Assembly: GCF_009914755.1 (NCBI RefSeq)
Contig: NC_060940.1
Reading direction: 5' to 3' (one strand)
Length of the DNA: 64,000 bases
Source: the human T2T-CHM13v2.0 reference genome, Homo sapiens
The translations under genes and the position numbers were made by a program. The notes beneath the pieces were generated by a model, which was not told where the DNA came from, searched no databases, and worked only from the letters and a program-made list of their open reading frames with translations. Below, one piece after another: positions 28,931 through 41,180 of the stretch. The first letter of the stretch is position 1, and every line of letters begins with the position of its first letter.

Positions 28931-31365
28931 AGTTTTTGCATATTTTTATGAAAGCTGGCATCCCATCATGGACCATGATGTCCATGAGATTAGAGACTGA
29001 GAATAATTTTTTTTTATTTTTCCAAACAGGTTGGCTTCAGAGGGTGCCCACTCAAGCTTCAGACATATTGGGGCAAGTTTCTTATATAACATTTGTCTTA
29101 CATATTTCTTCCTCACTCTCACCTATTTTGGATACCAAATTTTAAAGAAGCTACAGCATCCCACAGCCCCTTTATCCATGAAAAGATAGTATAAATTGTG
29201 TTAGAAACTTAGGAGAACAGACCTTCTGGAGGCCAGAAGCTGCAACAGAGGATTTTATTAGAAGTTATGTAGACAGGTTCTTTTATGCCTCCCAGCTTTG
29301 CTGTGCCTTGACTCTGTCATCTTGTTTATTGGGCATACGTTTTCACATTAGGCCTTTCCTAATTGCCTCGTCCTGTCACCTGTCACCGAAACCCCAACCT
29401 ATAGGAAGAGGTGAATCCCTTCTACCATGCCAACAAAGGATCACTTGTGGGCTTTTGCCAAATCGCTTGTCACATGGTACTGGGTACTGCAGTTGTTGTT
29501 ACTGTTTACTTGTCTGTCTGACCTGTGAGACTGCAGAGTTCTTTATGAAACCTGAATGTGCCTTACTCAGCTCTCTCTTTCCAGCATCTGACACTGTATC
29601 TGGGGCACAGCATATCTCCTTTCTGCTCACTCCCCTAGCAAATATTTCCTCCCTGGACTTCTCCAGGGAAGAGTGAAATTTAATCACAGATCATATAAGG
29701 CAAAGTCGCCAGCCCTACTGCTATGAGTGGAAGGCCACAAGGCTGAGTAAACCCATAGAGAGACTGTGACTTTGTCAGTTCAAACTTCTGTGAGCTTTTT
29801 CCAATCCCAAGAGGTGTCTGGATGCCTGATATTTTACCTTGATTCTGTGGTTTAAAGAAACCCCATCCATGTAAGAAAGGGTCCTTCTCTGGGAAAAAGA
29901 AAAAGAAAAAGAAAATCAGTGTTTTACCAAAACCGTCATTAATAAGCTAACCCATTTTGTTACTTACCAATGACATGTTTTGAAGTCAGTCATTTTTCAT
30001 TTTTGGATCTCAGTTTTTTATCTGGCAATGAAAGGGATTGAAAAAAAAATCTTCTAATCTCCTTTTAGCCCTAACTTTCTGTGATACAGGGTAGGTAAAT
30101 TGCCTACATAATATATACACAATTAACTTCTTTCCAAGCTCGAGATATAGGTCATAATAAATAACTTGCCTTTATGTTAGAGTTTCACCCCTCCCACCTT
30201 TTAAAGAGTTTTCAAATATAATTACACTTAAATTTTCTGTTTACCATCACTAAGCTTCTGTCAAGTAGGAAAGATAAATTTTTATTCATATATGCTTTTA
30301 TTTAATAGCAGTTACTCATTAAGCCTTTATGTACCAGGTGCTGTGTTAGACACCGAAAACACAAAGGTGATGGAAAGTCAAGTGACTGAGCTCCCATTTT
30401 ATAAATTCTGAAATCTAATGGCTAGCCAGGATTAGAATCTATGAGTACCAAACCTGCTCTCTTTCTTTAAGTCAACCAACAAATTCAACTATGTGTGCAA
30501 TGGAACTTTAAAGCTCCTCCCATTGCTGGGTTCTGCTTTGGAAGTCAAGATTAAAAAAAAAAAAAATCTGGGTATTTTTAAAGATGGTACTCAGCCAGAA
30601 ATACATGTATTCATCTGAAAATTTGGCCTGGAAACAGATTCCACTTAGAAACTTGCTCTACTCCCCAGTTGCCAGAAGAGCTTCATAGCAGGAACATGAC
30701 CCTAGTGAGAGAGATATTGAAGACATGTGAGTAAAAACACTGGAGTTTGGTGTGAAACAGCTGTGTGATTTGGGAGCCAAACTTTCAAGTAAAAAATAGA
30801 ATTAATAGGATAGTTAGCCTAGTTGACAAGAAACCGAAAATTAAACATGTAACAGGCTTGTGTTTGTGTGTGTGTGTGTGTTTTCTTTTGGTCAATGCTG
30901 AAAAAATGAATATATTACACCTACTGCAAAGGCAAAATACCAATGCTGTCAGCAGCAGCATTCCTGGACTCCACCTTTATTTTGCTGCAGGAAGAAGCAA
31001 GAAAACGTAGAGTTTTGCCCCATCCTTTCTTTTTCATAGCCACTTATTCCTTTTTCAGTTTTTCATCTCCTTTCAACCTGTTGTATCTTGTCTCATCTAT
31101 TCATTTTTTATTTCCTAAAATGAGCATTGAAAACCTATTATTTCCTACCTTGTGTTAGACATGAAGAATAGATATGCAATAGCAAATAATGGAAGACACT
31201 GCTTTCAAGAAAGCCATGATCTTGGGCCAGGAGGTGAGTGGGGAGAAGAAACAAATACATGTGTGACCTGGAAATCGTTATGGTTCTTTATGGTTCAATC
31301 TTTGTTGACTATATATGTACAAGAAAAAGTCTTGATATTTAGAAAGTAAAAATTGGTGCAAATAG

Positions 31366-31678
<313 letters not shown>

Positions 31679-31896
31679 AGGTGCAGATAGTTTTGTATAA
31701 TCTGAACATCCAAAAATTTACTAGAATTAGCACAAAGATTTGTCTGGTTATTCTCAAAAACTGGTGAAAGTACATATACTTGGATGGGAGGAGATCTATG
31801 CTCAGTATGCAGAGAAGGCTTGGTTTATAATTTTTGGGATAAGTTCTCTCTCACTCTCTCTCTTTCTCTCTCTCTCATACATTATGCTCCCTTCTT

Positions 31897-32553
31897 CTAG
31901 TTTTATTGTAGTATAATTGATCAATAAATTATATATATATTCAAGATATACAATGCGATGATTTGATATATGTATAGATTGTGTAATGATTACCACAATC
32001 AAATTAAAAAACACACTCATCACCACACATAGTTACCCTTGTGTGTGAGGGCAGGGGGAGGTGAATATGATGAGAACATAAGATCTCCTCTCTTAGCAAA
32101 TTTCAAGTAAACAATAAAATATTAAGTATAACCACTATGTTGCACGTTAACTCCCCAGAACTTACTCATCCTGTAACTGAAAGTTTGTATGCTATCACCA
32201 ACCTCTCCCAATTTCCCGCATTCCCCAGTCCCTGGCAACCACTATTTTATTCTCTGCTACTAAGAGTTTGACTTTTTTGATTCCACATATAAGTGAGATC
32301 ATACAGTATTTGTCTTCTCTACATGCCCATGTTCACTGCAACATTATTCACAATAGCCAAGATATAGAAACAACCCAAATGTCTATCAATAGATGAACCA
32401 ATAAAGAAATTGTGGTACACATATGCAATGGGACATTATTCAGCCATAAGTAAAGGAATTCTGCCATTTGCAACAGCATAGATGAACCTGGGGGACATTG
32501 CACAATGTGATATAAGGCAGATGCAGGAAGACAAATACTGTATGATCACACTG
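31897..32553 (-). mobile_element. L1MA8/9-like, 5'-inverted (twin priming)
   Basis: Minus-strand 3' end 31897-32317 plus plus-strand piece 32318-32557; TSD tatgctcccttctt (31883 / 32554). Confidence 0.88.
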
Positions 32554-33484
32554 TATGCTCCCTTCTTTAGCAATGTGCTTGCCAATTTATTACATTATCT
32601 TTTCATGCCACCAAATAGGACCTCCATTCTGGTTGTGGCCATTAGACATTTTTTTCCCACTCAGCAGCAATCTCAAGTTCCTCCAGGATCATCAGAGACC
32701 TTAAAATTTCAGATTTCCTGTCTTCTCTTGCTTCTCAAGGTGGAAATGACTTGGGACACTCCATTATCCTCTCACTAATTACTTTTTCTGTAAGAATTTG
32801 TATCTAATTTCTAAAAAAATCAAGTTCTCCACCTTCTTATTTATTTCTACCTTTTATTATATCTATATTTCAATGTGTCAGAGAAGGAAGAGATCACTAA
32901 TGGCAGTGGTCACTAATGGTTTCCCAGTGAAGAGGACTTTTGAAATTGGAGCAGGCAAGGACAAAGAGGGACAGCAAAGAAAGTGGTTGTCAATGCTTAT
33001 ATTTGGTTCTATGAATACCTCATGAATAGTGAACTGTTATTGGATAATATGACATGCATGTTATTTTCTAAAAATAATCTTCAGCACTGCAGAGAATCAG
33101 ATATGTGAATTACATGTGGAGAGATAAAGAATGAGAAAGAAGGAGAATCCTGAGACTATCTAAGCTCTCATTACACAGAACTGTCCCTGTTCATCCATAC
33201 TGTGAAACAAATGTGTTTCTCTACAAAAGGGGTCCTATTTCTACTTATGAGAGTACAATGTGAATTTCTGTCACTTTTAATTGAAAAGATTTTAGCTATT
33301 TCAAAATTATATTACCATCCTAGGTAGGTTGGCATGTTCATCCTAATCTCACAGTTGGTGAAACTGAGGCTGAGAGAAAAGGAAAATTATAAACTGCTAC
33401 TAGAAAGATGCATTCTGAGCATATTGTGTAGACATATATGATAAGTGCAGTTTGTTCGAGGAAAAAGAAATCTTCCTGCAATAT

Positions 33485-33636
33485 GGCGTGTATCTGTGTG
33501 TTCACCTATATTGGTGTCTGTGTCTATTTATGCATGTCTGTGTGTGTCTGTCTCTATGTTTCTATGTTTCTATGACCACATTTTGTGTCCTGTGTGTGTG
33601 TGTATGGGTATGTGTTTGTGTGTGTCTGTGTGTGTG
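33485..33636. repeat. Degenerate (TG)-rich tract
   Basis: Seen directly. Confidence 0.85.
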
Positions 33637-35031
33637 ACAGAAAGATGAAAAAGAAAAATGAGATAGTCAAGGAATAAGGGGAAATTTGGAGCTGAAGAAA
33701 TAAAGGCTAAGTGTGAAATAATGCAAATCCTATGCTTGACTTAACAAAAAGAAAAAAAAACAAAAATGAAAAAGAAAACCACAACAACCCATACATCGTT
33801 GTAAAAAGTGTTAGTGATGTCCTTTCTTTCCAAGCCACTTGATCTTTATGTCTCTGCTTTTGACTCATCTTTCAAGTAACTAGTAATCTGAAAAAAATAG
33901 ATGATAGACTCACTTCTTTTTGTCCCTTCTAACAATTGCAGACAGCTCAACAAGATGGTAATGGCACCTCCTCCAAATTATTCTAGAAATACCACCAGGG
34001 TATCAGCTTCTCCCTGAACTGCCTTGTTATCCTAATGCAATTATGTAACTTTCTAATCTTTCTGTCAGTACATTAGTCAAGATGCAGGAGAAGAAAAAAT
34101 ACTGCCGTCCAGAAGGACTAAGTTTCTAAATCGCAGGTGACTGATTAACCACTGCTCCTGCTTTAGATCAATCTATCTGCTGCTGGCACCTGGAACAATA
34201 ACTCCATAAGGTTCCTGAGCTGGTCAGCAATTTTATATTCACATTCATTTTCACAAATGTTATGACCTTCCTAAGCCAGCTTTCTTTCCCTTATTCCCTG
34301 TTCTAATCATCCTAAAGTTAGCTATTGGCTGGGATGTAGTCACATGTTAGCCAAGACACTAACATGGAGTCTGTCCAGGAAATAAGGAATGGATGAGTGT
34401 CTTGTAACCTACTTGGAGATGCTTTCCCAGCCTTAGTGTTGTCCCTGAGAAGAAGGCATCAAACTGTTCATGCAAATTTGCCTATCTTTCTGTGTGAGTA
34501 CTTTTTTTCCATTAAGGGAACTAAAAATTGAAAGGAAAAGCACTTGAGGTATAAAAATAATAGAATTTTAAAGCTATATGGAACCGTAGAAATGCTAATA
34601 CTTTTGCTTCAATTTTACAGGTGAGGGAAAAGAGAATCTCAGTAGTTAAGTAAGAAAGGGTGGTGTAATGAAAATAATCTGGAAGATACATACACAGAAT
34701 GCCATCCCTAAATGGTAGATTAAAAGTCATTTTGCTTTTACTTTTTATCTCATTTCTTAAGTTTTCTACAATGAGCAAGTATCACTTTCTACCAAAAAAG
34801 GATTATCATTCAAATAATATGACATGGCAACAGCCAGATCTGAGAGTGAGTCCTATTTCTGTCATTAAATGCTGAGTGATCTCAGCAAGTTATTTCACCT
34901 CTCTATATTTTATAAATGAAAGCATTTGTATCCATTTTACAAGAGTGGTGTGAGTATTTAACAGAATAAAATATGGAGGAAGAAAAGCAAATGACTCAGC
35001 CCACCTCTTCCCTAACTTACTGAGATCACAC

Positions 35032-35056
35032 CACACACACACACACACACACACAC
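35032..35056. repeat. (CA)n microsatellite
   Basis: Seen directly. Confidence 0.95.
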
Positions 35057-35438
35057 CCAAAATATCCACAACTAAAGGCAGAGTGCCCACTGTCCATATT
35101 CCAAACTATGTGTGCCTTTTTCATGTTCAGTTTTCTCTGTAACTCTCAAGTTTGTTATAAGTTTCATGAATATATTATTTAAAAGTCCTGGGATTTTTAA
35201 CAGCCTTGTGATAATCTATCACTTGGAGAAAAAGAAAAAAAAATGCATTAGAATGTATGCTGTGAAAACTCCAAGGGCAGATAAAAGATTTACCTTCTGT
35301 TTTTCCTTTTCCACAAATAGAATTGCTGCACTTAGGATACAGCAATTTTATTCTTGAATACCTTTTGGGAAAACAAATGTGATTTGAAAGTCCTATGAAT
35401 TAAAAAAACCCTGAAGCTTCAGTTAATTATTTTATTTA

Positions 35439-35536
35439 TTAGGTTGGTGCAAAACTAATCACGGTGTTTGCCATTTAAAGTACTTTTGCCATTACTTTAA
35501 ATGGCAAAAACCGTGATTACTTTTGCACCAACCAAA
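35439..35536. mobile_element. MADE1 (Hsmar1-derived MITE) with internal expansion
   Basis: TIRs ttaggttggtgcaaaa / ttttgcaccaaccaaa; TA TSD; 98 bp versus ~80-bp consensus. Confidence 0.93.
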
Positions 35537-35603
35537 TATTTTTTTCCTATGAGATACAGAATTAATGGATTAGAATTGATACTGAAAAATATATAGACCC
35601 TGT

Positions 35604-36208
35604 TGCTCAAGCAGTCAGCTGGAGAGTTCTTGCTCCTGATTCAATGCTCAAGGCCCTGCAGTCAGCTGGGGAGTTCTTTCTCCAGACTCAATGCTCAAGA
35701 TCCAGCAGTCAGCTGGGGAGTTCTTTCTCCAGACTCAGTGCTCAAGGTCCTGCAGTCAGCTGGAGAGTTCTTTCTCCTGACTCAGTGCTCAAGGTCCTGC
35801 AGTCAGCTGGAGAGTTCTTTCTCCTGACTCAGTGCTCAGGGTCCTGCAGTCAGCTGGAGAGTTCTTTCTCCTGACTCAGTGCTCAGGGTCCTGCAGTCAG
35901 CTGGAGAGTTCTTTCTCCTGACTCAGTGCTCAGGGTCCTGCAGTCAGCTGGAGAGTTCTTTCTCCTGACTCAGTGCTCAAGATCCAGCAGTCAGCTGGAG
36001 AGTTCTTTCTTGTGACTCAGTGCTCAAGGTCCTGCAGTCAGCTGGAGAGTTCTTTCTCCTGACTCAGTGCTCAAGGTCCTGCAGTCAGCTGGAGAGTTCT
36101 TTCTCCTGACTCAGTGCTCAAGATCCAGCAGTCAGCTGGAGAGTTCTTTCTCCTGACTCAGTGCTCAAAGTCCTGCAGTCAGCTGGAGAGTTCTTTCTCC
36201 TGACTCAA
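35604..36208. repeat. 47-bp minisatellite/VNTR, 13 units (tcagtgctcaaggtcctgcagtcagctggagagttctttctcctgac)
   Basis: CAGCTG recurs every 47 bp from 35616 to 36180. Confidence 0.97.
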
Positions 36209-36603
36209 TTTGACTTTCCCACATTCTCTTATCTGAAACACATTAAAATACAACTTCAGGTACTGGAGACTATGTCTTAAAAGAACACTAATCTGATCTT
36301 TTGTCCTAAATTTATTCATGCTTACCTGTTCTCGTCTTCAGAGATTCACTGATCCTCATTTGATTCTGACATTTCACTTTCAAAAAAATCATTAGTCTCC
36401 AAAACTCAATAACTCACTCAACTTCTCTCCCTGGGTTAGAATATCCCTCAGACAAGCTGATGAGATTCCTTGCACAATCAGTAAATATGACCACTTTCTT
36501 CCTTCCAGTCCTGTGAAATGTGGATCCAAACAGCTTGACCAATCTTCCCTACTGAGCAAGAGATTCAAACGTGGTGAAGTTACAAACAAGCAGAAGCTGC
36601 TCT

Positions 36604-37149
36604 TGTTGCTGGAATTAAGGGACAGGAGAGACCGATGGGTGGGCAGGAGGATTTTATTTAGGTGCACCGGCCCAGCAGATTAACAACCAAAGGCTGAGCC
36701 CTGAACAAAGACAGGGCTTGACTTTTATACATGCAACCGAAGGGGGTTGGCCAGTTTAGTGGTGCGAAACCTGCAGGGTGAGCAAGCAAGCTTACAGAAG
36801 CGGACCAAAGGCAGTTTATCAAGCAGTGACAGGTGTTGCAACTTAGGCACATCTTGTGACCTTCACCATACTGCACAGATGGGAAAACAGGAAGTTGCAA
36901 AATTCTTACAAACTTGCAATAATAGTTATGAGGACAAAACAAAGAACAATCATAAAAGAAGGGGGAACTTGTTAAACTTGTTTTCCTCATCCCTGCTTCA
37001 GAATTGAAGGGAGAGGCTCTGGAGCCCATCCCTTGATGGCCCTGGCTCTGCAGATAGTGCTATCAAAGCCCTAACAGAGCCCTGCCTATCTCTGGGTCTT
37101 GGAGTGAGTTAGCCTAGAAAACCTGTTTTTCTTTATACCTTCTGCTTCA
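36604..37149 (-). mobile_element. ERV1-class solo LTR (HERV3/LTR4-like group, subfamily uncertain)
   Basis: TG...CA termini; perfect 4-bp TSD ctct; minus-strand TATAAAA (36723-36729) and AATAAA (36653-36658). Confidence 0.85.
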
Positions 37150-37393
37150 CTCTTGCTTTTTGTTTTAGTGAACTTTCTTCTCCTCATTTGTGTCTAGGGT
37201 TATACAATAATTATTGAGCAGTAGACCCAGGATTCTAGGCATGGACACTACTGTGAAGATGATAAGGAATAAAAGTTTTTGTCTCTTCTGTGATGACTTT
37301 ACAAATAATGTGAAGAAGGGAATCACTCTACATTCTATGGTGTGATGTGGGGAGTAACTGGCACATATGTCTCTATTTATCCTTTTTTATTTA

Positions 37394-37394
<1 letters not shown>

Positions 37395-37425
<31 letters not shown>

Positions 37426-37433
37426 CACACACA
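37395..37433. repeat. (CT)n(CA)n compound microsatellite
   Basis: Seen directly. Confidence 0.95.
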
Positions 37434-37581
37434 CCCCAGTAAGAATACCATCCTGCTTTGATCTCCAGAACATTTTATCCCCTTTCTCACTCTTTCTCTG
37501 ATTCTCTATTCCATTCAAACAATTAAGATTTATTCAGTGCCTTTCAATGTCTTAAGAAAGGCCACAGTGAAAGAAAGATGC

Positions 37582-37919
<338 letters not shown>

Positions 37920-39832
37920 CTAACATTCCTGATGTGGAATGTAAAGATCTTCGTGTATCCTCCTTTTGCTATTGCTAGATATCTTTCTTTTGCTGGCTTC
38001 CTTTATAAGCCATTCCTTCCATTCCTCTCCAGTCCTTCCATTCCTTCCCCCTTGGGATATTTCCTGTCCTGAATAGGGCTGCAATCCCCACATATATATG
38101 TCTAGGCATTTCATAAGTTTTTTAAAGCTTAGCGTTTTCATCTGCTCTTGCTATACTCTGTGAAATATACATACATTTTTGGAGGAATTGAGGTAATTGA
38201 AAGAGAAAGTTAAGAGTAGTTGAAGGCTATGCCATTCACAAGCATAAACAATTTACTCAAAACTATCATTGTTTAAGTAGAGGAGGTTCAATAACTCAAA
38301 TCCCTGATCTATTCCTCTGCTTCCTTGTCCCAGTCCTGAGTAGTAATTGACGGCATAATACAGCATGTTCTTAGACTTTTAATAAAAGACTCCAAATGGA
38401 TTAAAATATGAATCTAAAATGTAAGTGATACGAAAAATCTAATATCTTCAGTACTAAATGAAGCCATGGGTCAGAATTTAAGTCATCCTGTGAGTATATT
38501 TTGAGGATCATCTTGGCATGAAACTATAGTTTCACAAAAAACAGCTCATCACTGTACAAAAGACCATAATACAAGGTACAAGGCTAGAAACAAAGTTGAC
38601 AAAAGAGTGTTACAAACCAAAAATATCAGAATTTCTTAAACTTCTCTGTCTCTGAGGTCTTGTTTTTTGATGTGTATCTAAGTCATTTTTCCCTCTACAA
38701 CTAAATCACTCCTTGGTTACAGACCAGAAAACCAACACTGAGAAATATTCTTCAGGGAGACACAAAATAATGCAGCTTAGAATAGGCTTTTCCCCCTATT
38801 TTTTATTTTTTATTGAAAAAGGAAGTATAACTATCCAACTGGGGCAAAAAAAAATCTGTCAGCCATTATCAAAATGATTTCCTTAAGAGCCATTTAATAA
38901 GATTCATTAATTTAAAGAGATTAAAAACAGCCTGTATTAAAGGACATTTTGACAGAACAAAATAGGTTATAATAAAAGTTGAAAATCAGCAGTCTCTCTT
39001 CTTATCAAAGATGATGCAGAACTCTCAGCAAAGTCTTCTTCATTCAAAGTGAAATTCAAGATCTGATTCAATTAATATAACTCTTGAAATGAAACAGAAA
39101 ATAAAGAAAGTTTGCAAGAGGTCAAAGTACTGAATGTACTACTGACGAGAGCACAAAACATTCAATATTTTCTTAGGGAGATTTCTAAAATGAGATGGCA
39201 AGGATGAAGAAGGAGGTGTAAAACCACACACTTTGAACAATGGAAAAAGCAACCTGGGCTAGAAACAAAACTAACTTTTAACAAGCTGGAAACTGACTTT
39301 TTTATTCCCAACTACCTTTGAAGGAGAAATTGTTTATTAGTGAGAGTATCATTTTCTCTCTAGGACATGTTTCATTGCAATGTCTTACTGAAATGCATTC
39401 ACCATCTTTTTAAATACAGCTCATGACAAAGATATGTACTAAATGTATCAGAATGATTGCCTGTGTGGAGGATAGTGATATTGTGTTAGGTGTAAATGGG
39501 AAAAAATATCTAAAATAAGAAAGGAAATAAAAAGAGATATGTATATGTGTACTTCTCCAAAATACATACATGCATATATGTACGTAAGTACCTGCATACA
39601 TGCATGTATACAACTGGAGAGTTAAGATGTGTGGATTCTCAAGTACCTGAGCAAATAACTGACCACAGAGATACAAAGTTAGAAGGCAAAATCAGAAGGC
39701 ATTTGCTAGAAAGATAGGAGGAAAAGTTAGAAGGCATGTGTTAATTAGGTCTTCTGGGAAGCAGATGCTGAAATGGAGGGAGGAATGCAAAAGGCTTATT
39801 GGGGCTTAATGTTTTCAAAAGAGGGAGAAAGC

Positions 39833-40210
<378 letters not shown>

Positions 40211-40350
40211 CTATGAAAAGAAAGAGGAGTGAAAGCTGGATTGGAAAATCTCGGACTGCAGTGCAGATTTGGGAGAATTTCCTGGGTAGCTAAGCGGGAG
40301 AGGCAAAGCAAAGATTCCTCATGAGTCCCAGGTTGGAGAGAAATGGCCAA

Positions 40351-40666
40351 ACTAACACAGCAACAGAAAACCAAACACCGCATGTTCTCAGTTATAAGTG
40401 GGAGCTGAACAATGAGAATACATGGACACAGGGAGGAGAACAACACACACTGGGGCCTGTCGTGGGGAGGTCGGGGGAGGGAGAGCATCAGGACAAATAG
40501 CTAATGCATGTGGTGCTTAATACCTAGGTGATGGGTTGATAGGTGCAGCAAACCACCATGGCACACGTTTACCTATGTAACAAATCTGCATGTCCTGCAC
40601 ATGTATGCTGGAACTTAAAATTAAATTAAATTAAATTAAATTAAATTAAAAAAATAAAAAATAAAT
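40351..40666 (+). mobile_element. L1PA (PA8-PA10-like) 3' end with (TTAAA)n tail
   Basis: aaaccaaacaccgcatgttctca...gcaaaccaccatggcacacgtttacctatgtaacaaa. Confidence 0.92.
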
Positions 40667-40813
40667 ACCTCACTTTTATCCCCCTATGATTACATTTCCA
40701 ACCTGACCAATCAGCATTCCTCACTTCCCGAGCCCCTATCCAACAAATTATCTTTAAAACTCTGATCCTCAAATGCTCCAGGAGATTGATTTGAGTAATA
40801 ATTAAAGTCCAGT
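40667..40813 (+). mobile_element. LTR8-family fragment (putative L1 3' transduction)
   Basis: Homologous to the reverse complement of ~15197-15333 (cccctatgatt...ccaatcagca...agattgattt.agtaataa). Confidence 0.75.
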
Positions 40814-41097
40814 AAAAAGAAGGAAGGGAAGGGGAGGGGAGGGGAGAGGAAGGGAAGGGGAGGGGAGGGGAGAGGAAGGGAGGGGAGGGAAGGGAAAGGA
40901 AGGGGACGGGAGGGGAGGGGAGGATGAGGGGAGGGGAGGGGAGGGAAAGGGAAGGGAAGGGAGAGGGGAAAGAAAAAGAAAGAAAGAGAGAAAAAAAGAA
41001 GGAAAGAAAGACAGAAAGAAAGAAAGAAAGAGAAAGGAAAGAAAGAGAAGGAAAGAAAAAAGGAAAAGAAAGAAAGAGAAAGAAAGAAAGAAAGAAA

Positions 41098-41145
<48 letters not shown>

Positions 41146-41180
41146 GAAAGAAAGAAAGAAAAAGAAAGAAAAGAAAGAAA
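40814..41180. repeat. ~370-bp polypurine tract (GGGGA/GGGAA, then GAAA repeats)
   Basis: Seen directly. Confidence 0.97.

Noticed and set aside
35604-36208. CRISPR-like array
   Set aside because: Units are head-to-tail with no unique spacers, there are no cas genes, and the context is primate DNA; it is a minisatellite.
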